DNA of 59,392 bases, filler included, from Sluysia triapertura (taxonomy: Eukaryota), in the NCBI GenBank assembly GCA_046118255.1. It is 3 parts of 3 records of this genome, joined end to end, with 100 filler letters (N's around TTAATTAATTAA, not from the genome) between each part and the next. Parts side by side here need not be neighbours in the genome. Positions count along the whole stretch, not along the records: positions 28,763 to 59,392 come from JBJNIA010241768.1; 2 more parts are not named here. The stretch is one strand, 5' to 3'. The notes under the pieces were generated by a model. That model had not been told where the DNA came from. It searched no databases and was given only the letters and a program-made list of their open reading frames with translations. How positions within the stretch are numbered: position 1 is the first letter of the stretch; every line of letters begins with the position of its first letter. The position numbers were made by a program, and so were the translations under genes. Shown piece by piece: positions 37,701 through 49,651 of the stretch.

Positions 37701-40700
37701 GACGAACATAATTCAATTATTCCATACGAGTTGTTTCCATGAAATCGTAAGATCTTTATTATTAAGTTCTTAATCTTACAATTATTTCAGGATTAATCTT
37801 TTACTTAAAGTATTTATTGAATCTAAGAATTACACCTTCAAACTAAAATCTCAATTTTATAAATTAAGAGAAATCTTAATATTTAATTATTATTCTCATC
37901 TTTTTATTAATTTGTTTTGGTCTAGTTTGTCATTTATTTTTGGACATTGATAATAAATATTCAGTTTTTCAATAGCCATTTTTATAAGATTAGTATAAAG
38001 AAAGAGTTATTGAAAAGAACATTGTAGAAAGAAAGAATTTTCATTTTTTAAAAAGTAATTTAACAAAGATAAATTTAAGTGTTATTTTGAAGTTTAGTAG
38101 TTAACTTTCATGAATATAACAATTAATCAAGAGAAATTAGAGTACTTTGTTAATATTAAGAAACACGTTTAATTGATAGTTAGAGAAAACTTAAATTAAA
38201 AGAAAGACCCTTGCTACGAATTATAAAAGTAAAAGCATATTTAATTATTATTAGTAAAAGAAAAACAGTTAAAAGAAAACTTGCACTAAGAGTAAGGAAT
38301 TCTTTATCTTAGAAATTGACACCTAAAAACCTGAAACAGTGTCTTCTTCGAATATAAACCACTAATTTCAGGCGAACCCATATAATTTAACTGTATTTGT
38401 TGAGTCGTATTCAAGTAGAAATCGCAGTAAGTATTATAGTAAAATTTGTATAAAATATCGGACTTAAAACAATCAGGCCATCATAACAAAATTATTTATT
38501 TAAAATTCATTGAAATAAAATTTAAAGTATAAAAAATTTAACATTTTTTCTTAACCACTTAACAGTCGTATTTTTTGAGAAAAAAATTGTTACTTTGTTA
38601 TTTTTATTTGACTGCATTTATTAATACAATTAATTGATTACAATAAATCTACTCAAAATAAGTAGTTTTAGTATGATATATATTGAAACATTCAATACTA
38701 AATCAGGATCATCAGTGTACGGGAAAATGTCCTGCCCGAGTATAGTTCAGTCAAAACTGTCAAGTGGTTAAAATATGCACCCTAAAAACAAAGTTTTGAT
38801 GGAATTTTGTGCATAGTTGACCTATTGCAGAAAATGCCCGTTCAGGTTTCACACCAATAATTTAATTTAACTCAGTTCCAATAATTCACAACTACATTGC
38901 TTTTATTTTAATAATTTTTAAAAACTTTTAGATTTTGCGAAGAAATACCAATGCTATCAGGTAGCTGATATAACGTTCCACTTTCATTTAGAAACCCTTA
39001 TGATAAATCCTCGCAAACTTTTACGCTAAGTCGTAATTCTTATGAAAAAATCTCAGATTTACCTGAATGAATATGCCCGCGTGTATCCTTCTGAAGTACA
39101 CAATTTATGCACCTTATATATTGGCGGAAAATAAGCCTGCTTTTCCAAGGAATAAGAGTTTCATCATTTACAAAATTTTCGCCAGGAACAAAGACATTTC
39201 TATACTTAGCTTCAAGCAAATCTAACAACGGCTTAATTTTTGCCTATATATCACTAGGAATAACATTTTTATTATTCGAGAAATTCAAATATGCTTCGAG
39301 ACGTGACCGTTTGAGCTGTGCTATTTTTGTACATGTTTGGTTAATCAATAAGAAATTATATTCCCCATTTGCACTAATCCCATCCAAAGGTCGAAAACCT
39401 TTCTTATTTCTTCAGCGTTAGTTGGATACAATTTACTAGACGATTTTGTCGTATTCTTTGAGTACGTTAAATTGTTTGTTCGACACATATTACTTACAAT
39501 GACCTTTATAACCTCTTCGTCGAAAAATAATATAAATGTATTAAAAGCATAAAAATTTCTGGACAAATTTAATTAAAAACCAGATTTATCTACCTCTTAA
39601 TTCAAAATCACTATTTTCATGCATTTCACACTCAATTATTTCGTCATTTTCAATATTTTCTGTGGTTTCTTCCAACTCCAAATCTTGAAGAACTTATTAA
39701 AGATTTTCAACTTCATCAAACGAATGAGTTAGGATCATTTATTGAATCATCTGAACTAAAATTTCTCTATTCTTCATCAGAAATACTTATATTTTTAGCA
39801 TTTTCTTTCAGTTCATTTTCACTTTCGTTTTGCCATTTGTAAATATTTAGAAAAAAAATTTCAATAATTATGCACTATCTGATAAATGTCATATGCACTA
39901 CTGATTCATACACAACGCATTCAATAAAATAATGGCTAATGATTATTGCAAACTGTTTGTATGAAAATAAGCTTTTTTCATGTCATTCGTATACGTTTAT
40001 CAAAAAACGTATAATATTTTTGAAGTACAAAGTTAATTTTTGTCGAGATGTATTTAAATTAAGAAATAAAATTACCATGACCCAGATGAAAATTTTATAG
40101 CGATTAATTGTTCATATTTTCAATGTCGTGCTGAAAATATTAGGTAAAACTATTAAAATTTAACGATATTTAACGCATATGAATTTTAGCCGGTTAATCG
40201 AAAAGCAGCGATGCAATCTTTAATATTATTACAATGACTATAGTACTTTCAATGGGTTTAGACAATAAAAGCGGAGGTAATCCTACATACATCAATTTTC
40301 ATTTAAATTCTTGTGAACTAAACATATTTAAGTCAACAAACTGACGAATGTGTAACCTATGAGGAATTTTTTTGTTTTTAATGACTAATGATTAAGCAAA
40401 ATATAGGAGATTTGTTTAATTTAATGTCAAATTAGATAAAATGGGCTTTAAATAATTCGTATTTACTTGAATTAAAATTTTAAACTATTTTAATATATGA
40501 ACTTAATCAATTTAATACTTAAATCTTACTGGTACAATCAAATATATTTGGTATTAAAAATAGCCTGCCAATTTTGTCCTTCACTTCTGTATTCCAAAAC
40601 TGAAATTAAAACAAAATTTAATTTTTTAATTTTACAATATGAAATAAATTAAAGAAAAAATCAGTGTGTTAAAATATTTTTATTAATTTTAATATTTATA

Positions 40701-41164
40701 AAACAAACTAAAATTTAATGCATATATTTATAAACACATTTATTTATCTCGTCTTGATTTATGCTATATTAAGATAAAATGTAGTGTATATATATATGTT
40801 TCATAGTTTAAATATGATTTCTATGCGCTATATAGATTGATTAAAGAGAAAACTCAAAGTTACTAAAAATAGTAACAACCTTGAATGTATGTCGATTTGT
40901 CTTACAAAATTACTTTTCTCTTTACATTACAATATAGACACTTAAAGTTTGTATAAATACTATTTAGTTTAATTTATATACACAACAGAATATGTTATCT
41001 CATGTGCTAGAATATTAAAAATTAATATCTAAATACAACTCATCTACATTTTGTTATGCCAAAGACAAAAATTATATTATATATTGGTGTTAAAATTAAT
41101 TTTGTACAATTTCACATGCATATATTGCACATACTTCATATCAGTATTAATTCATTAGTCATTA

Positions 41165-41239
<75 letters not shown>

Positions 41240-44200
41240 ATTAATATATTTAATTTCTTTTATGTATAAAGTTACATTTTTAAAGTACCTAGAGAAGCAA
41301 ACAAAAATATGAACGCAAAATGAATATATTACAAATTATAGGATCGTTTTGAAAGAAAACAAAATTTGAGTGTATAATGTCTGGTGAAAAATCAATAATT
41401 GCAAAATTCAAAATTGGAAACTTGATGTTGTGCAGATAATATTATTTTAAATATTATATAAAATTTCGGCATATTTTAATTTTACCAAAATCATAATAAA
41501 ATAATAAAAAACAAAATAACTTCTTGTGCAAGTAATATATCACTGTAAAAATTTAAATTTTAAAATATTTATAATTGTTGTATGAAAAATAATTATTTTC
41601 TATTTATACTACTGATTTTTTATTTCTTTTTACGAAATGTACAACTTAATATTTTATAGTAATCAATATATAAATAATTTATTTCCAGTAATTTTTTAAT
41701 TTCTATTTATAGAAGTACACAATTCGGACAATTATAAGAATTTATAATTTGCTACTAAAAATAGTCTATTAATTCGTTTTGTTTTCAGAAAACCATTGTT
41801 TTATATTATGATATATAATAAATTCAAATTAAAACTCTGCTAGTCCCATAGTAATTCATATTCCTAAATAAGATGAATACATCAGGATACTCTGTTGCAT
41901 TAAATAGCTTGAGGAAAGATATTTTTACTTCTTAATTTTTGTGGAGCTAGATTAATAAAATTTATACAAATGCTGTTTATTGGTTTTGTATCAGACATCC
42001 TAAAAATTAATATTTAGTACATTTGTCGTTGAAGTAATCGTAATATTTTTGAAAAAACTAGACTAAGCAAACAAAGTTTAATCAGTTGCTTAGATCACAT
42101 TCACCAGAAATAAGGAATTTCTGCAATTTAATAAAATTAAGAGTATTACACGAAAAACTTTAAACGAGTCAAAATTCCATATAAACGAAAATATACACTA
42201 ATTTGAAAAGATCAGTACTGGAGATATTAATGAAATTCCTCATTCAGTAGCTGTATATCGAACTAATCACAAAAATCGTGACAATAAAAAATGGCACGTA
42301 GCACGTCGATCATAAATCCAAATTTACAATTTACTTTAAATATGATGACAATGGTCAAATGAATCTTGGGACATACCGATCCAACAAAAGCAACTTTTAA
42401 GTTAAATAAGAGAATTCGTTCCACTGGGGTGCAATTAATGCAGAATTAGACTTCAAAGTTTAATCACATGTTATCGCAATGATTTAAAAAGGAAACGTTC
42501 GTTGTTTTCTAGTTTAGGGCTCTAAATCACTAATTGGACATTTATAGAAGCAAAACGGTGAAGTATATCGAAGAAATTCGATAAAGAATGAGGTAATAAG
42601 ATAGCAATTATAGATTTATTGCACACATAAATACAAGCCTATGCTGGCATAATAGGCAACAATATCAAAGAAAATAATACTAACAGATAATTTTTACATT
42701 AACAAAGTTACAATTTCAGTTGTCAAATATCGACAATCCAGTTATATTTTAAAAACAATATTGAAATATTTGATAAGGAAACGAAGCCAAGTCGTTGAAG
42801 TATTACGTGAAACTAATTTTTCAAGCCTATTTTAAGAAATTTATTCATCAACTGTAAAATGGATTCCAATTTACGAGATAAAATAAAATGGTTAAAAGTA
42901 TCATCGAACCAATTCAACTTATAAAGTACATCATTAACTCATTCGTTTAAGAATAAATTAAAATCGGCAATGAAATTATCAGTACATGATCAAGAATCAA
43001 TGCTGATATTTGGCACATAAATCTATGAACATTGGAATAAGTCCTGAATAATCTAAATTTATGCCTCGGTTTTATTGCAGCCTCAAAAAAATTAAATAGT
43101 GTAAATAGGATAAATTAAATACCAAAATTTCTTTCTTTCTCAGAAAAAAGCAAAAATGATGACTTAATAATTCCAGATTAAATCATAAAAGTAAAAGCAT
43201 TTCAGATATCCTATAAAATCATTCAATCATATATTGTGATTTTTTAAACGATTATCAAAAAAATTTTAGAATGAAATTTGTTCTTCATAATAGAAAAATC
43301 GACTATTATAATATATTTTTTCGACTAATAATAGAAAAATCTTCATTATTAGTCGAAAAATAGAATATGAGATTTGTTCAGTCTTAAACAAGTCAGAATG
43401 AAAAACGAATTGTAGAAACAATTTAAGTTGCAGGTCGAGCTATTGTTTGGTACACCCTTTTCCACTTTTCAAATAAATATTCAATCAAGTCGCTAGGTAA
43501 TAATTCTTCTAAACGAACTCATATTTATATAAACTCATTACTTACTTTGGAACTACTTTTAATAATTTATTTTTTGGTTTTGTTATAAATAACCACGTTA
43601 AAAACGTAGTTATTAAACATATCACATAAACATCGATCTCTTCAAATAGAAATTATATCACGGTCACAAGCACCACATTTAGTGTTATATAAAACTTAAA
43701 CATGCATTGTGACATATTAATTAGGAAATTATTGAAAACAGTAACGCATAAACTACTATTTGACTTAATTATTTCTACAGTGTTAAACTTAAAAATTGAT
43801 GCGAAAATAATTCTCAATACTGAGTTACTGCACAACTTATCTAATTATATTTTTGTAATCTAAAAATGAAAATATATTCTAATTATAAATAATTTTTACT
43901 TTCGATGTTTGTTATTGTAAATATAAAATATTCCAAAGGAAAATACTTCAGCACTTACAAAATACACAAGTCGCCATAAATGTCCAGACGAACAAGATGA
44001 TTTCACTCTTCACTTGTTTCAGTGCATTAATTCTGTGGATCGAAAATTAATTTAAATCTATCATTTTAATTACTCCTTTTTTAGATTTGACAGGAAAAAC
44101 GTTGAGAAAAACAACCAAGTTAGTGAACAGTGGTCCGCAACCTTTTTTCAAAACGCGGAGGGAAAATTTTGCAATGCATTAAATCTTATTAAATTTGTGA

Positions 44201-46037
44201 ATAAAAATCAATTAAGTTTCAATACGATTACAAACTATTTTCATGAGATTTTTTGAAATTATTTGGATTGCAGAAAATTGTAATTTTCAAAATCATTTTA
44301 TCTAATTTTATTTTAAAAAATCTAACTTAAAAAAATGACATTTTCATGGAAATATAATATAAGAAATATAGCGTCTCCTGCCTAGAAACAGCCGATCACT
44401 CATTTTGTTATTAATAAAAAATTAACGATTTATGAATTACAAATGAAGATATAAAAAATTAACCATGTAAAATGTGTATTAAATGTTATGTTACATTGAA
44501 TTTTAATAATGATCACAATAAAAAGTATAATTATGCCGTCTTTTTATTTGGTTAAAAAATAATATAAAGGATAATATATAATTTATGAAAAATGTGATTT
44601 ATGCCTAACTATACATTTTACAATTTTCGATTTAGAATTTCAGAGAGTATAATCTTAAGATAAAAATAAATTTTATATTAGTTTTGGTAAGTTTAATTAA
44701 ATAAATGAAGTAATTGTAAATTAACTAACATTATTTAGGAAACATTAAAATAAAACTGGTTTTTATCGAAATAAAAATAAATTTGATACAATTAATGTAC
44801 TTTATTATGTAATTTTTATTATTTTACTACTTATAAATCTGGATAACCGAGCCTTTGGGTTCAGGAAAAGACTAGTAAAATGAAACAATGAGCAAAAAAC
44901 AATAGAACATGATTTTCGTAAGTATCAATATTTTTTCATTTTAGGATTCTTAATAATATAAATCTTTAAAATCTTTTATTTTTTGTTTTTATTATAAAGC
45001 GACTTTTTTATCATACTTATCATTCATGTGTTTTTTTACTGAAAGATAGATTTTTGCACAAAACAAAATCTACTAATGCTGAGATATTTCATATAATTAC
45101 GAAAATCTTTTTTTATATTCATAAAACTGAGAGTACGTAGTAGTTATTTTTTAAAACTTATTTAATAATAAAAAATTACTTGTAAACAATTCTGCATCCA
45201 AGTTTTATCTAAATATTGTTCAGATATTGATCCCTTCTGTACATTAACAACACCTCCAACTGCTACTAAAAGATCTAATAGTTCATCACAATCTCTAAGA
45301 GATAAAAGACCAAGCAAACCATTAAAGCTTGAAGCACTAATAATTAATAAACTATTCAAAGCAAGTTCAATCTCATTATCTAAACCACTTGATAAAGACA
45401 ATATCAAATGTCTAAATTCTGAATGTTGCTTTAATTCACAACTTAAACCATTTGGAGCACGTAAACTTGTATCTATTAAATGCTCGACATCATTATACGT
45501 TTTAGGGGTATTATGATAAATTATAGTAGCTGAAAATGTTTTATCACGCTGACTCAACTCCTCTAATTTGTTTATATCACGCTCAGAAGAAAACGAATCA
45601 TTCAAATTATTACTATTAATACTAATTTGGGCTTTTAAATTTGAATACTGCCATCTTTCAAATGGTTCCAAATAACGCGCATATAATGTTTGCAAAGCAG
45701 TATCATAATTAGTACAGTTTATTGAACCATCATCCATCTCCTTTACAAAATTCATTTCTAACATGACATCATCCCAATCATCTAGTTCGTTGACTTTTTT
45801 GTAACCACCTCGTTTCATAACACATATAAATAATTTTTTTAAATTAACTTTTCGGCCAAGAATATGCGGTAATTGTCGAATATACGTTCTAAACATATTA
45901 AATTTTAAATACTATAAATACTTCTGAGATCTATGAAATTCAATTATTGCTCTTTCAAACATTTCTGACGAAGGATATGGCTTTATCATAGATTGCCATA
46001 TAGCATGATTAACCGTAAATTTTTTTATAACAGGCAT
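29539..46037 (-). CDS. ARID2: AT-rich interactive domain protein 2 (ARID2/BAF200/Bap170, PBAF subunit); join(45922-46037, 45180-45888, 40530-40599, 31180-33172, 29539-29687), 3' end uncertain
   Basis: All junctions are GT-AG and phase-consistent (2, 0, 1, 2). Domain order is N-terminal ARID, LILSLSSGLDNEIELALNSLLIIS (ARID2 SL.SGLPNE.DFA.N motif), armadillo-like helical region, low-complexity linker, then RFX-like winged helix (AKQWLQSTF...LHNCIK|EVFG...IYSNLVWR). The C-terminal C2H2 fingers were not seen. Confidence 0.9.
30820..31085. mobile_element. hAT (Charlie-like) MITE in ARID2 intron 4
   Basis: About 28-bp TIRs CAGTGATTCCCAAAGTGGTCT(G/A)TATCGA; CAG...CTG ends typical of hAT/Charlie. 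Confidence 0.85.
31180..33172 (-). CDS. ARID2: ARID2 coding exon 4 (ARM-like region, poly-Asn linker, start of RFX-like domain)
   Basis: tttcag acceptor at 33173-33174; 1993-nt open exon (RLEIIATILYNL, LLRFIFLCLH, ALETLLALSQLGEALCRRMA); AA|GTAAGT donor at 31179, so the ORF-track stop lies in the intron. Confidence 0.92.
34639..36305 (+). mobile_element. Degenerate piggyBac element (PGBD4-like transposase pseudogene) in ARID2 intron 3
   Basis: Fragments EMIRFFRFDN, NSQNCYKP, TIDEQLF, YMQRKPYK, GIKFWLASDV and YYSITKFGVGMKDHMVRKYS. Putative ends CACTAAA...TTTAGTG with degenerate TTAA flanks. Confidence 0.8.
38555..38767. mobile_element. piggyBac-type MITE (213 bp)
   Basis: TTAA flanks; TIRs CCACTTAACAGT / ACTGTCAAGTGG (11/12). 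Confidence 0.8.
38900..39840 (-). pseudogene. piggyBac transposase remnant (PGBD4-like)
   Basis: LLDLLEAKYRNVFVPGENFVNDETLIPWKSRLIFRQYI (the DE.M..F.GR..F.QY motif), PTNAEEIRKVF.LWMGLV and an acidic N-terminal region; frameshifted. Boundaries approximate. Confidence 0.85.
40530..40599 (-). CDS. ARID2: ARID2 coding exon 3 (70 nt, not in ORF track)
   Basis: tttcag|FWNTEVKDKIGRLFLIPNIFDCT-a|gtaaga. It supplies the phase 0 to phase 1 bridge required between exons 2 and 4, and resembles the FWKDIV segment of vertebrate ARID2. Confidence 0.8.
41166..41233. repeat. (ATT)n microsatellite
   Basis: Directly visible. Confidence 0.93.
44128..44400. mobile_element. Degenerate hAT-type MITE
   Basis: Left end CAGTGGTCCGCAACCTTTTT; degenerate right end ...CAGCCGATCACTC. 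Confidence 0.4.
45180..45888 (-). CDS. ARID2: ARID2 coding exon 2 (ARID domain and start of ARM-like region)
   Basis: tttag acceptor at 45889-45890; LPHILGRKVNLKKLFICVMKRGGYKKVNELDDWDDV...LQTLYARYLEPFE is a canonical ARID. GTAATT donor at 45179. Confidence 0.93.
45922..46037 (-). CDS. ARID2: ARID2 coding exon 1
   Basis: ATG at 46035-46037; MPVIKKFTVNHAIWQSMIKPYPSSEMFERAIIEFHRSQ-K, followed by a GTATTT donor. F..AI.EFH.S matches the helix that starts the ARID domain. Confidence 0.8.
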
Positions 46038-47439
46038 TTGTATAAATACTGTTATCGATAATTAAGCAATCCAGTTATAATAAATAATAAATAATTTAGT
46101 ATACAAGAAAATACGTATTAAAAACATAAATTTATAATGTCATTCTATAATGTTGTCACAATTTCAATAAAAAAATCGTAATAAAAATATAAATCCACCA
46201 TCAAATTTAAAAGAATACTTAATCAAAACAAATGCTAAGTTATTATAAAAAATAATTACGTCAAACAGTTAAATTAAAAACGTAATGAATAATTTTAAAT
46301 AATTCTTAAAAAAACTTCCATTAAAATCTTAAAATAAAATAATTATAAAGAATACTTTATTTAATATAACATTATTTGCTATTATCATATTGGTAATTGT
46401 GATCATATTTTTTATAAATCTATTTTATGTAATTATAAAATTAATTAAAATTTTGAAAATATAAGAATATACTAATGATTTTAATAAAAGGAATTTTGTA
46501 ATTTAAATGTAATTTATCTTGCATTTTTGTTTAAGATAAAAGTAAAAACATTTAAATATATAAAATAAAGAAAAGATAATAAATTTTTAGGATATCAGTT
46601 ACATTATAAGTTAATGTAACGTTTAAAAATTATTTCAAATACCTTCAGGAGCTCAATAATGAATTTCTGTTAAAATTACTAAAATAAGCAACGTAGGGTT
46701 ATAAATTTAATTTGAAAAGCAAGAATAAAGTAAACATTACAAAAATTCTAATTAAAATACATATTACGTAAAATATAATTAATTGTAATGGTTGAATAAG
46801 ATGTCTAATCAATTATTAAACTTTATCTAGTGTTTTAAAATGATTTAAATTGATTTAAATCAATGAATTTGAATTTAAGAAATAAGCCTTATTAAAGATA
46901 TTAAAAGGTATATCTTATCATTGTTATGAACACAAAAAATATGTCATGCGGTTCTTTATAGAAATCCTACAATCACAATTGCTTCAATAATTTAAGAGTT
47001 CGACCATGATCAGAGTCTTACACAATTAAGGGTTTGTTCACAGGATTTTAAAGATAAAGGTGTGAAAATGCTAATAAACTTATGTTTAAGAAAACTAGTA
47101 CTTAACTGTGATGAGTGGTAAAATTTCACTTATAATTTAACTGGAACTTAGGTTTGATTTCAATTTAATAAAACTCGTTAACGTCCTGTCCTCATATTAT
47201 TGAGGTTTAATTACTTTTGATTTTGTAATCCTTTTAAACAGAATTTAAGCAATGCTTTTTATCACGATATTTAAACCGGCATGAAAACAACATTATAAAG
47301 ACGACTTATTTTTTAATTATAAGACTACATAACTTAGTTTGATATTTTATATCCCAGTAAAAGGCCTTATAAAAGTTAGTGACAAAGACAAAAGGACAAC
47401 GATTGGATTAATTGTAATTGGAAATGCAAGTTATTAAGC

Positions 47440-48467
47440 GTAAGACCCCCTAAGATATAGTAAAGTTAATTAAATTTTTATTTGTAGGTTAGCTTGTATA
47501 TAGTTATAGGAACGCCCTCTTTACGACATATGACGTTTACTATAACCAGACGCTGCTCAATTTTTATTTTGTTGTAGGTTAAGTGTAAGAAAACCACAGC
47601 ATAAATATAAAGCACATGTATGAAGCACGTCCCAAATATGCGTACCATTATATATTTTTATGAGCTCGTAAATTATATCAAAATAAAAACAATTATAAAT
47701 TTTATTAAAAACTATCAATGATAAAAATTAAATATTATAAGAAAATAAGAGAATAAAGAAATTAGTATTTTATGATTAAAATCGAAAGATCTTTATTCGT
47801 TTATAATAGATTCTATTTTAAAACTTTCCCCTCACTATTAATAAAAATTATTAAAAGAATTTGAGTTGATCTTATTATTTCAATCGAGAAGATTGAAACA
47901 TCTTAAATTAATAAAACTTACCAAATCGATGTAATAATAATGATCCGATATGTTAGTCTCTAGTAAAAATAAGCTAACTAAATCCGATTAAAGCCAAAAC
48001 TGGAAAATCAAAATTTATGTTGAAAACTGATAATAAATGGACTAACCAGGAATCAAACCCGAGACTTTCTTGCTTCACAACTGTGCAGTTCTATGCTCTG
48101 ACCACTGAGCTATTAGCACTGTCTAACAATTTTTTTATTATAGTCAATTTTACTATCATTATTCTATGGAACTTTAGGTCTTTACCCAAACAATAATGGA
48201 GACTGAAAAATTGTAAAAATATGCGTCTTAATTTGTGATTAAATTGAGATTGCTTCATGATTAACTGCAGATATTCATATAAGCCAACAGTCAATCATTG
48301 GCGAGTGGAATTCTAGAGTGTTCTAGAACATTCTAGAAACTTCTTTTTGGAAAATAGAATTTCTTTTTAAGAAAACAAGTTTCGTTTTTAGAAAATAAGC
48401 TTACGATTTTAAATGATTAATGTCCATCGATTTGGTAATTTGAAAGCGTTGTGATGACGACCTAACA
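47440..48467 (-). mobile_element. LTR-like dispersed repeat (5' end TGTTAGGTCGTCATCAC), containing tRNA-cassette copy A
   Basis: Shares its terminus and TTCTAGAA-rich block with 16300-16480 and 27980-28063, and the GCTGTGGTTTTC...AACCTAC block with 14807-14836 and 27555-27620. Boundaries approximate. Confidence 0.55.
48038..48119 (-). pseudogene. tRNA-like sequence with about 10 extra nt, core of repeat copy A (48038-48192)
   Basis: TAGCTCAGTGGTCAGAGCA A box, CT-GCA-CA loop followed by an insertion, GGGTTTGATTCC B box. Confidence 0.7.
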
Positions 48468-49579
48468 TATATAGCATATATAAGATATGTAAATATGTAA
48501 ATTTGATTCGGAAATTTAAGTTTGATTCAAAAATTTTTATAAATATTAAATTAAATTGGAAATATAAATCTAATTAATAATTTTAGACTTTGAAAATTAC
48601 GTTAAAGGAACTTAATAATATTATTTAAAATTTTGAATAAATATTCGGTCAAAAAATTGTTTACATTATCGTTTACGAAAATGGATTATATATTATTATT
48701 ATTATACTATAAATAACGGAAAAAACCTTAAAACATCATTAAAACGTACATTATTCATCGGAAAAAACGAAACAAACTTATCTCAGTGGAAAAGGTAATA
48801 TATAAAGCGGAATATAAAACATAACCATAACAATAGCAGCATTATTAACGATTAATACGATTTTTTACAAATTCGTTTGGAATTCTTTGGAATTTAGTGG
48901 GACTAATAATAATCAACAATAGTACGTGGATACAAACTCGTTTGCAGATATTGAAAATTCTTCGGTGAAACCAAAAACTAATTGTCAACAAATATATTCG
49001 GGATTTAATAACTGCTCAAAACTACTAGTTTCCATGAATAAGTATGTTAATTTTTGTAAGGTCTTGGCATAGATAACTTGCCTTAAAATCAACTAAAATT
49101 CCTTAATTTATTTTGAAAAAACTCATGCATTCGCCTGAGTCAAAATCTTATTTAAAATCAAAAATTTTATTATTATCCAGGAGAAATCCTGAAGTTTTAT
49201 ATTCATAATTGCAATTCTGTGTATAATTTATATATATTTTTCTATTATTTTGATAAATAGATTCTTTGTTCTTGAAGTTTTTTGTATTTGATAGTTAACT
49301 TTCGTAATTAATTAATTGAGTAATTAAAGTTTAAGCAAATAATTAAACTATTTTCTCCTAATTTTGAATAAGTAACTATTGATTAAGTTATAGTAGAATA
49401 TCTACAAGTTAGTCAGGCTTTGCAAAAAATATAATTGAGGCATCAGCATAGTTAATCTCATCTAAGTAATAAGGAATCTTTTTCGTAGAATTTTTATCCA
49501 AAAGTCCTTTGAGTACGTCTTTTGCGTAATATAAACCGTACGTCACAGGCGAACCGTAAATTTGTTAGACTTCGTAAAA

Positions 49580-49651
49580 TGGACTGACCGGGGATCGAAC
49601 CCGAGACCATCGCTGCGCAGTTCGAATGCTCTACCACTGAGCTATCAGCCC
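49580..49651 (-). pseudogene. tRNA-like sequence (Cys-like body, disrupted anticodon arm), core of repeat copy B (49563-49721)
   Basis: 72 nt. Acceptor GGGCTGA/TCAGTCC, D arm GCTC-AGTGGTA-GAGC, T arm TCGGG-TTCGATC-CCCGG, intact A and B boxes, then TTTT. The anticodon stem does not pair. Confidence 0.8.

Noticed and set aside
42050-43250. Possible LINE endonuclease/RT remnant
   Set aside because: Only faint motif echoes (LGTYRS, HWGA); too degraded to support a call.
49580-49651. Functional tRNA-Arg(GCG) or tRNA-Cys gene
   Set aside because: The anticodon stem cannot pair in any copy, and the copies share repeat-like flanks.
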